Assembly (NCBI GenBank): GCA_963726195.1
Contig: CAVSBO010000008.1
Coordinates: 1-64,000, forward strand
Origin: Candidatus Thorarchaeota archaeon
GTDB lineage: Archaea; Asgardarchaeota; Thorarchaeia; Thorarchaeales; Thorarchaeaceae
Length of the DNA stretch: 64,000 nt
Reading direction: 5' to 3'
This document shows, one piece after another, positions 21,285 to 32,292 of this stretch. The translations under genes and the position numbers were made by a program. The notes beneath the pieces were generated by a model. That model was not told where the DNA came from, did no database searches, and was given only the letters and a program-made list of their open reading frames with translations. Every line of letters begins with the position of its first letter. The first letter of the stretch is position 1.

Positions 21285-22550
21285 ATGGTAAGATTGACCT
21301 TTCTGGGTTCATGTAGGGAGATAGGGCGCTCCGGTTTCCATCTACAGGAGCACGGTGAGAGCATCCTGATAGATTACGGTGTTAAGCTCGTAGATAACCC
21401 CACCTTTCCGGCTCGTGTGCCGACAGACGATCTCCAGGGAATAGCACTTACCCATGCGCACCTTGATCATTCTGGCGGGCTTCCCCTGTTGCTTGCGCAT
21501 GGCGATGTCTCACTCTTCTGTACACCTGCTACTAGGGACTTGAGCACAGTACTGCTCGACGATATGTATGAGCTTTCAAAAGCGCGTCTTCCTTTCTCGG
21601 GCAAGGACATCGCGCGGGTTGAGCGCCAGTGCCAGCCTACAGCATACGAAGAGACCATTCCGCTCGGGCGTCATTTCGAAATCACTTTGTTTAACGCTGG
21701 TCACATTCCCGGAAGTGCAATGGTATCCGTGCGATGCGATGGGAAACGAATTCTGTTCACAGGCGATTTCAACGCAATAGAGACACAGCTAATGCCCGGA
21801 GCAAGAAAGAATCTGCCAAAGCACGATATTGTAGTGACCGAGAGTACGTATGCCCAGAGGGTCAATGCGAAGAGAGAAGAGATTGAGGAGGAGTTCGTTC
21901 AGACAGTCATGGAGACCCTGCAACGTGGAGGCACTGTGCTTATCCCGGCTTTCGCTGTAGGACGGAGCCAAGAAATCATGTGCATTTTCGAGAAATACAA
22001 CTTGCCCGCTAAATACACAGTTTATGTTGATGGCCTCGCCAGAAAAGTCAATGAAGTAGTGATTAAGCATCCGGGCTACATTGCATCTCCACAGGCATTC
22101 GAGAGAGCAGTCGAGAGAACTCGGATTGTCTATGATGACCGGGACCGCTACACAGCAATGAAAAAGGGCGGAGTAATCATCTCCCCTGCAGGGATGCTTA
22201 AGGGTGGTCCCTCCCATCTCTATTTCAGAATGCTACACGATGATCCAAGAAACTCCATTGTTCTTGTGAGCTTCCAGATTCCGGGTACCCCAGGAGCCGA
22301 ACTACTCGCCAAGCACAAAGTTACCTTGAATAACAAGACCTTCGATGTGGCCGCTGATGTTCGGTTTCATCATCTGAGCAGTCATTCAGATGCTGACGGC
22401 CTGATGGATGTTCTAGAGAAAATCCCCGAGGACCCAGAATTCTACTGTGTGCATGGAGAACCCGATTCGTGCGATGCATTGGCCGAGAAACTAAAAGGCA
22501 TTGGAAGACGAGCGCATGTGCCAGAGACAAACGACGTAATAGAGGTTTGA
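21285..22550 (+). CDS. MBL-fold beta-CASP ribonuclease (aCPSF2-like)
   Basis: THAHLDH, AGHIPGS, TESTY, AVGRSQE, LSSHSD, VHGE; no KH domains. Confidence 0.92.
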   Translation: MVRLTFLGSCREIGRSGFHLQEHGESILIDYGVKLVDNPTFPARVPTDDLQGIALTHAHLDHSGGLPLLLAHGDVSLFCTPATRDLSTVLLDDMYELSKARLPFSGKDIARVERQCQPTAYEETIPLGRHFEITLFNAGHIPGSAMVSVRCDGKRILFTGDFNAIETQLMPGARKNLPKHDIVVTESTYAQRVNAKREEIEEEFVQTVMETLQRGGTVLIPAFAVGRSQEIMCIFEKYNLPAKYTVYVDGLARKVNEVVIKHPGYIASPQAFERAVERTRIVYDDRDRYTAMKKGGVIISPAGMLKGGPSHLYFRMLHDDPRNSIVLVSFQIPGTPGAELLAKHKVTLNNKTFDVAADVRFHHLSSHSDADGLMDVLEKIPEDPEFYCVHGEPDSCDALAEKLKGIGRRAHVPETNDVIEV

Positions 22551-22557
22551 TAAGAGT

Positions 22558-22770
22558 CTACTCTTCTGCCTTGGGCTTTGCTTCTATTACATGGCACTTC
22601 ACTTGCTGAAGAATATCCTCGGCTTGCTGGGGCTCGACAGTCAGTGTGTAGAGATACTTGGGCATTCGAAGCTTCAGCTTTACCTGATTGGTACCTCTCC
22701 TTACTCGACACTCGGTTGCGGTCTCTGTCATCTGGAGGAATTGTGGCACATCCGTGATTATTCTTGGCAT
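22558..22770 (-). CDS. rpl38e: 50S ribosomal protein L38e
   Basis: MPRIITD...VKLKLRMPKYLYTL. Confidence 0.88.
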   Translation of the reverse strand: MPRIITDVPQFLQMTETATECRVRRGTNQVKLKLRMPKYLYTLTVEPQQAEDILQQVKCHVIEAKPKAEE

Positions 22771-22977
22771 TTGTAGGCCTCTTGTTGTATTGTGCACATG
22801 ACCGGGAGCGACTCCTTTCGCTCCAGCCCTTCGGTACTTGCCATGGAATTTGCATTATAAGAATGTCGGAATGTCGTGTCCTGCTCCTAGCATCGCCAAA
22901 GCCATAACAACGTGCAGAACTCGATGAAGCCACTTCGGTTTCTATCGTGTCCCCGAATGACCTTGCAGAATGATTAG

Positions 22978-23052
22978 TGGGCCGGTGGAGATTTGAACTC
23001 CAGACATCCGCCGTGTGAAGGCGGCATCATAACCGGGCTAGATCACCGGCCC
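22978..23052 (-). tRNA. tRNA-Val(CAC), no encoded CCA
   Basis: GGGCCGG...CCGGCCC-A; anticodon arm CCGCC-TTCACAC-GGCGG; T-loop GTTCAAAT. Confidence 0.96.
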
Positions 23053-23199
23053 TGGGCGGGCAGAAGGGCTGGCTTCGTATTTAAGAATAATGCCGAACGC
23101 ACGAAGAGTCTCTGCCCAAGTCTCACTGTGAGATGGACTGAATCCGCTCTGATTCAAACACGGCAGAGGAAAGTGCGCTGCGAGTCTCTGAACAGACTG

Positions 23200-25652
23200 C
23201 TAGGTCTCTTCTTGCTCTCCGACTGTCCTCTTTCTGATGTACAGAACAGCGATAATGAGAATGATGGCTGTGCTGCCGCCGGCCACCAAGATGAGGAGCT
23301 GTGGTGGCAGTGGCGACCCTGTGCCGTTGTCTGTGGTCTCAGTGGGAAACGTGGTGTGGCTCCATCTGGTGGGATAGTGGTCTACACTCCCTGCGGCTCC
23401 GGGTATTGGATACGTTCCGCCGCCACCATAGTCACTCCAGAAGTTTCCTTGAGACACGCCGTCGTCCCAGGAATTGCCCGACCCATCATCGAAAGCGTTG
23501 CCCCCTCTATTCTGCCCAATCCGATTCAGCAAGAACTCGTTGTTGCTACTCCCGGAATCCACAACGATGCCTTCTTCGTTGCGGAAGGCCGTGTTGTTGA
23601 TCATGGTGCACCCTTTGCAGTGGGTAAAGCCAAACCCGAGATAGTTGCTGATGGCGGTGTTCTTGGTAACAATGCATCTGTTGGAGTAACAGAAATAGAA
23701 GCCAGAGTCCAAGTTGCTATTAGAGCTGCCATTAGTTATGTTGTTGGTTAGAATGCACTCATCCGAGGCATTGAGCCAGAAACCATCGCCTATGCTGAAA
23801 TCGCGGTAACCGCCGGTGGCTGAGTTATTGGTTAGAATGCATCTATCCGATGCTCCGAGAAAGAAGCCATAGAGATTGCGGGTGGCGGTGTTGCTGATTA
23901 GAGTCGACGTGCCCGACTCGTGAATCATGAACCCAAACGAGTTCCCATTTGCGGTATTATTCGTTAAGGTGCAAGACGGTGATCCATGAACGAAGAACCC
24001 GAAGCTGTTAATGATGGCAACGTTGTCAATCATATTGCACTCCATTGAGTGATTCAGATAGAACCCAACACTATTGCTGCTGGCTATGTTGTCAATCAGA
24101 GTGCAATCACCGGAGCGACCAACACAGAATCCAGCCAGCTCGCCACAAACGGTGTTATTCATGAGAGTGCAGCTGGCGCAATAATCCAATATTAACCCGA
24201 ACGTTGAGGCGGTGAAGTTTCCATTCTTCACCGTGACATGGGAACAGTTGGCCAGGATTACCTCACCGTATTGGGAGGCATCCATCACTGTACCAGTGAG
24301 GTTCGCGAAGCAGCCGAGGGGCCTCCCATTCACTTTGTTGCCTGACACGTCGGCGAACCAGCCTGAGCCGGGCCACCACGATAGGTAGAAGCCACAGTAG
24401 GAAGCAGTATTGTTTGTCAGGATGCAGCCGCCTGAGCCATAGACCAAGAAGCCACAGAGACCAATGGATGGGACACTGGTGATTGGGTCTTTGTTGGCAG
24501 TATTGTTGAACACAGTGCAGCCGTCCGAGAAACCGACCAAGAACCCCTCCTCGTAGTTGTCAGTGGCTGTGTTGTTGGTCAGAGTGCACTGGTCCGACTC
24601 ATTGAGCCAGAACCCCCAGATGCTGCTGGTGGCGATATTCCCGTTTAGAGTTATTTCATCGGAGTAAGAAGATCGAACCCGTGGTAGTTCATATCTGCAG
24701 TATTGTTTGTCAGCGTGCAGTTGTTACAATGGTCCAATACTACCCCGAATGATGACTTAGTGAATATTCCATTCTTCACTGTTGCATGGGAGCAGTTAGC
24801 AAGAATCACCTCTCCATAATGAGAGCCTTCTACGACAGTATCAATGAGATTCGCGAAGCAGCCGAGGGGCCTCCCATTGACCTTGTTGCCTGACACGTCG
24901 GCGAACCAGCCTGAGCCGGGCCACCATCGCAAGTCAAAGCCACAGGCAAAGGCTGTATTGTTTGTGAAGATGCAGCCGCCTGAGCCATCAACGCAAAAAC
25001 CGATGGAGAGGGGGGGAAAGGAACCAGCGGCAGTGTTGTTGGAGATAATACACGTGTCTGAGAAAAGAACGTTGAACCCGTACATGTAGTTGTCAGTGGC
25101 TGTGTTGCCGGTCAGATTGCATCTGCCCGATTCATCCAGACAGAACCCGTAGTCATTCCACCTTGCAGTATTGTTCGTGAGAGTGCAGTTGGCCGCGTGT
25201 AGTAGGAGTATACCGTCGTGATGGTTGTCAAGGAGTCTCGGATTGAAGAGAACGAGAGAGCGATATTCCTTGCCCCGAAAGACGAATTGAAAATAGGATT
25301 TAGAAATAGACGGTATGTCTGGAGAAGTAGAAACAAGTCATGTGGAGACTATGTTGAGTCCCTGTATGAGATAAGGATTGGACTCTGTTCCGTTTCCTGG
25401 CCAACCAGCGAAGCCCGCATCAGAGGTTATCACGATTGGCGCATGAGGAGTGTATGAGAACGTGGTCAGCTTTGACGCTTCGCCCAAGTCTTTGGCGTTT
25501 GGAGACCTATCAGTCAGCGCCAGAGGTGCACATGCAATCGTGAACGACAGAACAAGTGTGAACAGGACAGCAAGTGACTCTCTACCCAACCAAATACCAC
25601 CGGAACGTATCATTGAGCTTCTGGTTAAAGGTTTTTGGCACTTGCGTCGCAT
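23200..25652 (-). CDS. NosD/PbH1 parallel beta-helix surface protein with signal peptide and C-terminal TM; several frameshifts
   Basis: GNGTESNPYLIQGLNI, many (C)xLxNNTAxxNxxGF repeats, NAFDDGSGNSWD...GNFWSDY...DHYP, then TM and basic tail; split across ORFs 25338-25652, 25112-25336, 24651-25085 and 23200-24540. Confidence 0.85.
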
Positions 25653-25910
25653 TGTGAAGCTGGGGTTGCGTGCAGATCCTTGCAGGGCATCAGGGAGTCA
25701 GCCTATTACTAGAGTCAATCTGGAGCACAGAGGACGCATGAGTACTTCACCAAAACACATGCGGGGTGACAACTAGAGTGTGTCATGTGCTGCACGAATG
25801 TGAAGTGGACGCACGCAGCTGAGATACTCCGAGACGCATGCTTGGGCGCAAGGATAGAACTCACCGGCTCATTCTTACCCTAGCCTAGGCGATCCTGTCG
25901 CACTGAGAGA

Positions 25911-26069
25911 CTACTTCTTTCCTCGTCTCTTGGGCCTGAGGTCGTCTCCGTGGCACTTTCTGCACTTCTTGGCTCCCAAGGGATTTGTCGCACCGCAATA
26001 GCGGCAGATGGACTTGTACAGCAAGTAGTGCTGAGCAAGTCTGCGCTTCTCGATGTCAGCAATAGGCAT
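25911..26069 (-). CDS. rpl40e: 50S ribosomal protein L40e (not in ORF track)
   Basis: MPIADIEKRRLAQHYLLYKSICRYCGATNPLGAKKCRKCHGDDLRPKRRGKK. Confidence 0.95.
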   Translation of the reverse strand: MPIADIEKRRLAQHYLLYKSICRYCGATNPLGAKKCRKCHGDDLRPKRRGKK

Positions 26070-26192
26070 GTCCATGACCTCATGCGCGATAGACGGACTT
26101 GTCTCTAGTGGGCCCGCTCAGGCTCCCGAGGCTTGTTGTGTTTTAAAACTTGTGTTCGTTCCGTATTGATTCAAGCAGACAATCGGATGCAC

Positions 26193-27062
26193 TCACATGT
26201 GTTTCTTAAGTAGCTGCGGGACTTGGCTGGCTCTCTCAGCAACTGCGACACCAGCATCTTCAAGGGCCTTGATTTTGGCTTCTGCTGTACCAGTGCTGCC
26301 GCTGATGATGGCTCCGGCGTGTCCCATTCTCTTGCCAGCCGGAGCTGTTCTTCCGGCAATGAACGCAACAACCGGCAGGTCGAAGCCTTCTTTGATGTAA
26401 GCCGCCGCCCTTTCTTCTGCGTCCCCGCCTATTTCTCCGACCAGAACGACGGCCTTCGTCTCCTTATCCTTCTTGAAGAGCTTCAGCCCTTCCGTTGGCG
26501 TTAGGCCGACGCATGGGTCCCCGCCTAGTCCAATGGCCGTAGAAATTCCGATGCCAGCCAGCGTCATGCCAGCGGCAATCTCATAGGTGAGCGTTCCGCT
26601 GCGTGACATGAGACCGACGTTGCCGGGCGTGAACACATGGCCCGGCATAATACCCACTTTCTGTTTTGCCTTCGGAGTGATTATGCCCGGAGTGTTTGGC
26701 CCGATAATCGTGATTCCCTTTTCGAATGCCACATGGATGACACGAATCTCATCCTTGACAGGAAGGTGCTCAGTGATCACTACCACGGGGTTCAGTTCTT
26801 GGGAAATGGCTTCGAGGGCAGCATCGGCAGCGAAAGCCGCAGGCACGAAGATTATGGAAGCAGTTGCATCCTGTGCCTTCTTAGCCTCTTTCACCGTGTC
26901 ATAGACCGGTATGCCCTTAATGTCCGTTCCGCCCTTGCCCGGGCTTGTGCCTGCGACAACTTTGGTTCCATAGTCAAGCATCGCAGCTGCATGGAACATG
27001 CCCTGCGTGCCGGTAATTCCCTGCACAATCACTCTCGTCTTCTTATCGACAAGTACTGGCAT
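26193..27062 (-). CDS. sucD: Succinyl-CoA synthetase alpha subunit
   Basis: QGITG, IGPNTPG, SRSGTLTYE, MGHAGA phospho-His. Confidence 0.96.
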   Translation of the reverse strand: MPVLVDKKTRVIVQGITGTQGMFHAAAMLDYGTKVVAGTSPGKGGTDIKGIPVYDTVKEAKKAQDATASIIFVPAAFAADAALEAISQELNPVVVITEHLPVKDEIRVIHVAFEKGITIIGPNTPGIITPKAKQKVGIMPGHVFTPGNVGLMSRSGTLTYEIAAGMTLAGIGISTAIGLGGDPCVGLTPTEGLKLFKKDKETKAVVLVGEIGGDAEERAAAYIKEGFDLPVVAFIAGRTAPAGKRMGHAGAIISGSTGTAEAKIKALEDAGVAVAERASQVPQLLKKHM

Positions 27063-28208
27063 CTACGCCACCTCCTTTGTGAGCTGCACCACGCGCTCAG
27101 CAGCCTCTTCCATGGTTTTGAGAAACGGAATCCCTGCAGAACTGAGTATGTCTTGGCCCTGCTTCTCATTGGTGCCGACCATCCGTATGACCATGGGTAC
27201 GTCAACTCCTTTCTCTTGGCGAGCTGCGACGACACCCTTCGCTACCTCGTCACACCTAGTTATGCCCCCCATGATGTTGACAAGGACAGCTTTCACGTTT
27301 GGATACATCAGGGCTATTTCGATGCCTTTCTTGACCCTTTCTGCATCGGCGCCTCCACCGAGGTCTAGGAAAGTACTGGCGCTACCCCCATGAAGGGCCA
27401 CAGCGTCCAGTGTTGCCATGGTGAGACCAGCTCCATTGCAGATACACGCAATATTGCCCTCGAGTTCCACATATGCCATGTCATCCTCTGCTGCAAGCCT
27501 TTCCCTTTCGTTCTGCTCAGCAGGTTCGCGCTTTATTCCATCCATGAGCTTCTTGTGTCTGTAAAGCGCACTATCGTCAATGTTGAGACGGGCATCTGCA
27601 GCGAGCAATCTTCCGTCCTTCGTAAGAATTAGCGGGTTTATCTCAGTAAGTTCAGCATCATAGGCGTCAGCGACGTTCCACAGCCCGAGTATGAATCCCG
27701 CTACAGAGCGGACCATCTTGCTTGGAAAACCCATCGCTACGGCCATCTCCTGTGCTTCGTATGATTGGAATCCGAGCATGGGGTCAACATACATCTTCAC
27801 TATCTTCTCGGGGCTCTGTACTGCGAGTTCTTCGATTGACATTCCCCCAGCGGCGCTTCCTATTACGACGTACTTCCGTTCATTTCGGTCCACAGTGATT
27901 CCGACATAGATCTCTTGTTGAATGTCCAGCTTTTCTTCGACAAGTACTGCCTCGACAGGCAGGTCACTGATTCTCATCCCGAGTATCTCTCTAGCGGCCT
28001 CTTCTGCCTCTTCAGGTGTGTCAGCGAACTTAATTCCTCCAGCTTTTCCTCGCTTACCAGCCAGCACCTGTGCCTTGACAGCTACCGGCTTTCCAATCTG
28101 GGTCGCACGTTCTCCCGCTTCTTCGGGAGTCTTTGCAGGATACCCCACTGGTGTCGCCATGTTGAACGAACGGAATATCTCCTTTGCTTCCATCTCGTAG
28201 AGCTTCAT
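27063..28208 (-). CDS. sucC: Succinyl-CoA synthetase beta subunit
   Basis: VKAQVLAGKRGKAGG, EINPL, NGAGLTMAT, GGITRCD. Confidence 0.96.
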   Translation of the reverse strand: MKLYEMEAKEIFRSFNMATPVGYPAKTPEEAGERATQIGKPVAVKAQVLAGKRGKAGGIKFADTPEEAEEAAREILGMRISDLPVEAVLVEEKLDIQQEIYVGITVDRNERKYVVIGSAAGGMSIEELAVQSPEKIVKMYVDPMLGFQSYEAQEMAVAMGFPSKMVRSVAGFILGLWNVADAYDAELTEINPLILTKDGRLLAADARLNIDDSALYRHKKLMDGIKREPAEQNERERLAAEDDMAYVELEGNIACICNGAGLTMATLDAVALHGGSASTFLDLGGGADAERVKKGIEIALMYPNVKAVLVNIMGGITRCDEVAKGVVAARQEKGVDVPMVIRMVGTNEKQGQDILSSAGIPFLKTMEEAAERVVQLTKEVA

Positions 28209-28282
28209 GGATTCTATTACCCCCTAACGGGAAAGACCATCGCGTTATTGAAGAGAGGGGCGGAGTCTCCGAAGTAAAAAAC

Positions 28283-30502
28283 TTAGCTGATTTCAGCGAG
28301 CATGACTGACAGGTCTTTCTGAAGTTCGAGGCTTTCCTTGTTGAGTCCCCGCCGCGCATCACTTGCCATCAGTTTCAGCAGAATTGAGTTGGAATAATGC
28401 AGTTCCTCGAAAACGTTCTCGACGATTCCTGGCATATCTGTCTCGCATCCAATTGCATGTTTAGCATTCTTTGTCGGGATTGAATCGAAACATCGTTCGA
28501 TTAGTTCCTCGGGCAGTCCCGTCTTTGCAGCTGTTACGGCTGGGAGCAAATCCCTAAGCCTGCCGGTTCCCTTAGATAGGGCTCTCATGACCTTCTTAGC
28601 GTCTCGAGCGGGTACGCCGAGAGCTGCTGCGCTCTGGCCAAGACCTGTACATCTCAGACTCTTGCCGTCTAGGAGCACCAACCCATCCTGTTCCATTTCC
28701 TCAAGGATACTAAGTCCATGCAGGGCCTGTCCTATGACCGAGGCTGCATATGGCCTTGTCTCATCATCTCTGAGGGCAAGAGCACAGAACTTGGCTAGAT
28801 GCTTGCAGAGTCTATGGTTTCTTATCCCTTGATATTTCCATGATTCACAGGAACAAGACACACCTTCATCCGATTTCAAGGTGACATAGTGCCACATTTC
28901 TCTGGTTCCGCTGTGAACGAGACCCTCTATCTTCGTGGGTGTGACAGATACAAACCTGACACTTGAATCTGATATTTCATCTGCGTGCTTGAGAGTTGAT
29001 CTGGTGGTCCGGAGGGAAATGAGGTCTTCGACAGTGGAGTCGCCAAGAAACATCATGCTTTCCTGAGTGATTCCTTTCGACCGATTCGTGGCGGCCCAGA
29101 ATGTTCGACCCATGATTGCAAGGGGGTCCTCTGTTTTCTCTGAGCGGCCACACAATTGACTGGTTATAAGATCCTGCATGTTCTCGGGATCGTCCATTGA
29201 GCTGTCCACTTCTCCAAGTCGCGGAGTTATGTCGCCTTCAGCGTCTGTCGCGAAGAACTTGCTTAGAGCCATCTTTCGTTCGGATTCATTGTCCACTACC
29301 ACAATAGCAAATGCCTCATTGTCAATTCCTGCTCTACCTGCGGACTGCAGCACGTCATTGAGCTGCCACTCCGACAGCATGGTCAGCTCTTCCGCTCCCA
29401 TCACGTCATTGCTTAGGTTGCGCATGTAGACGCCGATGAGGAAGACAACGGTTGCTCTCAGTCCACTCGCAATAGCAAATCTCGTTGGCATAACCAGTAC
29501 TGGTAGTAAATCATCGTTCCAAGCTGCCGAGATATCTCTTCTCTGAACTCTCGACACTCCTTCATGGAGGAAGGCGACGCCTTTCGGAATCGAAGCTCCG
29601 AGCCTAAGCGATGTCTCGCAGTTGGGATACTTCTCCACTACACGTCTTGTGAGCTGATTCAAATCGTCTCGCTGTATTGGTGTCAGCCTCAGGTCAAGAA
29701 ACGAAGACGCACTCTTGTCTTGTGTTCCTGCAAGCTGGGCTGCAAGTTCTTGGCACGAGGCTATGTTAGAGCATAGTATCATTGTCTGTCCGCGCCGATA
29801 GTGTATGAACTCGGCCAGATCACCAAGTGATTCTTTCATGCTGCTGAATACCTTGACACTAAAGATTCGCTTCACTTGTGGTTTTGTGTCTTCTATTATC
29901 TCTGTACGAAGCCAAGCGCTCAGATCTTTGAGGTCCGCAACTGGAGGAGATATTGCCACGTACTGCACTCCCTGACGATGGCTCATTATCTTCACGAGGG
30001 CGGTTTCAAGTGAAGGACCAATGTCCGGCAGGCCAATCAGGTCGAGGCGTTCAATTAGCACGACTTGGGTATCATCCAATATCTCGGCATGAGCACTCAA
30101 TGCTATGTTCATAGAGCTGTATGTCCCGACAACGACACGTCCATTCACCCAGTCCTGTCCAATCGCAGTACGCCTACGTATGGCTTCGGATGCTTCAATT
30201 CCCATTCGTGTGCATTTCTGGCTTAACGAGGAGAACCTTTTCTCAGCTTGATTCGCGTTTGGACACAGAACGAGCGCTCTGGCCTTGTAGTCCATTAGCA
30301 GTCGATTGAGCAGGGCTATCTCGGCAATCTGATATGCTTCATCATAGTCGTAAGTAACCAGCAGTTGACTAGCCCCTCTAAGAATACCCCCGTTCAATGC
30401 ACCGACTTGGAACTTCGAGAGAGAGGCAAGGCCCTGTTTCCGCAGCACCTCCAGCAGTAGCGGGGACGCCTGCTCAAGTTCCAGTTCCCTCAGTGTGCTC
30501 AA
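28283..30502 (-). CDS. Inactive Hel308/Ski2-like SF2 helicase homolog with inserted SWIM zinc finger
   Basis: Q-motif, GVAFLHEGV and QSAGRAG recognisable; Walker A, DExH and SAT degenerate; SWIM CSC...LCKH. Confidence 0.85.
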   Translation of the reverse strand: MSTLRELELEQASPLLLEVLRKQGLASLSKFQVGALNGGILRGASQLLVTYDYDEAYQIAEIALLNRLLMDYKARALVLCPNANQAEKRFSSLSQKCTRMGIEASEAIRRRTAIGQDWVNGRVVVGTYSSMNIALSAHAEILDDTQVVLIERLDLIGLPDIGPSLETALVKIMSHRQGVQYVAISPPVADLKDLSAWLRTEIIEDTKPQVKRIFSVKVFSSMKESLGDLAEFIHYRRGQTMILCSNIASCQELAAQLAGTQDKSASSFLDLRLTPIQRDDLNQLTRRVVEKYPNCETSLRLGASIPKGVAFLHEGVSRVQRRDISAAWNDDLLPVLVMPTRFAIASGLRATVVFLIGVYMRNLSNDVMGAEELTMLSEWQLNDVLQSAGRAGIDNEAFAIVVVDNESERKMALSKFFATDAEGDITPRLGEVDSSMDDPENMQDLITSQLCGRSEKTEDPLAIMGRTFWAATNRSKGITQESMMFLGDSTVEDLISLRTTRSTLKHADEISDSSVRFVSVTPTKIEGLVHSGTREMWHYVTLKSDEGVSCSCESWKYQGIRNHRLCKHLAKFCALALRDDETRPYAASVIGQALHGLSILEEMEQDGLVLLDGKSLRCTGLGQSAAALGVPARDAKKVMRALSKGTGRLRDLLPAVTAAKTGLPEELIERCFDSIPTKNAKHAIGCETDMPGIVENVFEELHYSNSILLKLMASDARRGLNKESLELQKDLSVMLAEIS

Positions 30503-30697
30503 CCACTGTCAGCCCCTTGTGGCCGAATGCGCATTATGGGTATGAAGTTATCATATGCTATTATCTTTTTGGAACGAAGAACAACTAACGTAATGCCTAG
30601 CCGCGAAACGCAGGTCAAGACCAGCACGGCATGCAATGCACGGTCTGTACACGAGTAGTAAAGGTTTAATCTCGTCACTGCTTCTCTGAGAGTATCA

Positions 30698-31373
30698 GTG
30701 GGCGATATGGAAATTTCAGGGTCTGTCAAGTGCATTGATCTGAAAAAGAAGGACGTTGTGGATTCAACAGGCCGCAAAGTCGGCCACATCGGCGACTTAA
30801 CATTTACATTCGACCGGGCGCTCAAGTTGTCGCAGTTCGTTCTTGCTGGGCCCAAATGGGACGAGTTGCTTGAATCTGTCAAGGAACGGCCTGCCCGCGA
30901 CCCCGTCTTCAGTGCAGGTCTGATTAAGAAAATGAGCGACAAGGTATATCTCGGCACAACTGCCGACAGCCTGAAGACAGACTCTTGACAAAGGTTCCAT
31001 CAGAAATGACGAGATTCGTCTTTCGAAGCTTGAGAAGCTGGAGATTGTTGACAAAGAAGGAGCAAAGGTCGGACATACCGTAGATGTCCACTTTGACAGC
31101 GATGGTTCCGCATCACTGATTGTTGGCGGGAGTTTCATCGAGGAGCATCTGGAATCCGCAGGCATCAAGCGGGACATTGACATAATCGTGCCCGCAACTG
31201 CGATTGCATCAATAGGTGATAAGGTGAAACTGCTGGTCTCAAAAGAAGTCTTAGGAAAAACGGTTAGTGATGCGCTCAAGAGGAAGGAACCAGAGGCCAA
31301 GAAAGCAAAAGAAACAAAGGACGTGCAGCGAGACATAGCAAAGGTCAGGCTTTTCGGGCAGCGACCCTCATAG
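30698..31373 (+). CDS. Tandem PRC-barrel domain protein; frameshift near 30980
   Basis: DLKKKDVVDSTGRKVGHIGDL and KLEKLEIVDKEGAKVGHTVDV...IVPATAIASIGDKV. Confidence 0.85.
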
Positions 31374-31551
31374 GCTACTGTCTGCAAGCAAGGCCCATCC
31401 GATATCGGCTCACAAATCGTAGTTGGCCCGAACCATGTAAGTATGTTATGCGTTCAAGACATACAGATAAAAAGGGACGTGAGGGTTTTCTTCACGAAAC
31501 CGAATAGCGAAGGCGTCCGTACACGCACACTAGAAGCTGAGGCATGAACTA

Positions 31552-32292
31552 ATGGCATTTGTCGCAACGAGAGAATCAGTCTTCGACATAATACTGAAGG
31601 ATGGCTTCGAGGTCAAGCCCGGGTCGACATTCATTTGCGGGTTTCATGGACTTGGCGAGGTGGGTTTTCTGAGCACAGCCCACCTGACACGGACACTGAA
31701 TGCCGAACGGGTGGGCTTCATCAAGAGCGACATGTTACCGCTGTTCGTTTCTATGGAAAACGAGCGGCTAGTGCTTCCATTTGAGATATACTCTTACAAA
31801 GAAGGCGACATGGTTTTCCTAGTTCCACGGTTCCAGCCTCACCAATCAGAACAGTGGGCATGGATTGATCATTTGGCCAAGTGGATAATAGACTGCAGAT
31901 TCTCCGAAGTACTGCTCCTTGGAGGCCTTGATTCGAGCTTCAAGGAGGAAGACGAGGAGATGCGCTGTGTTCCAACGACTGCCTACAAGCCAATGGTTGA
32001 GAAGTGGTCTGTGCCAATGCTTGAGGAGGGGCTGTTTGTTGCAGGTCCTTTGGCGCTTCTTCTTGCGGAGCTCGAGATGCACGACATACCTGCTATTGGT
32101 CTTCTGACGTATGCCACGCGGGGTCGTCCCGATCCAAGGTCGGCAGCCGTAATGCTGGGGAAGATAAACCAAGTGTATGGTATCAAGGCAGACGTAGACC
32201 AACTCCTTGAGGAAAGCAAGGAAATTGAACGACTTGAGAAGATGCGAAAGAGCATCGAGTCTGATGACAGGTCATCTGATATGTTCGTCTAG
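31552..32292 (+). CDS. PAC2-family proteasome assembly chaperone
   Basis: GFHGLGEVGFL, PFEIY, LLGGL, PDPRSAA. Confidence 0.9.
   Translation: MAFVATRESVFDIILKDGFEVKPGSTFICGFHGLGEVGFLSTAHLTRTLNAERVGFIKSDMLPLFVSMENERLVLPFEIYSYKEGDMVFLVPRFQPHQSEQWAWIDHLAKWIIDCRFSEVLLLGGLDSSFKEEDEEMRCVPTTAYKPMVEKWSVPMLEEGLFVAGPLALLLAELEMHDIPAIGLLTYATRGRPDPRSAAVMLGKINQVYGIKADVDQLLEESKEIERLEKMRKSIESDDRSSDMFV

Noticed and set aside
22993-23751. 252-aa + strand ORF and similar long antisense ORFs across the window
   Set aside because: Shadow frames of tRNA-Val, the beta-helix gene and other well-supported genes.
31474-31518. Possible hammerhead ribozyme (stem-GAAA-stem junction upstream of PAC2)
   Set aside because: It lacks the CUGANGA core and the stems are short.
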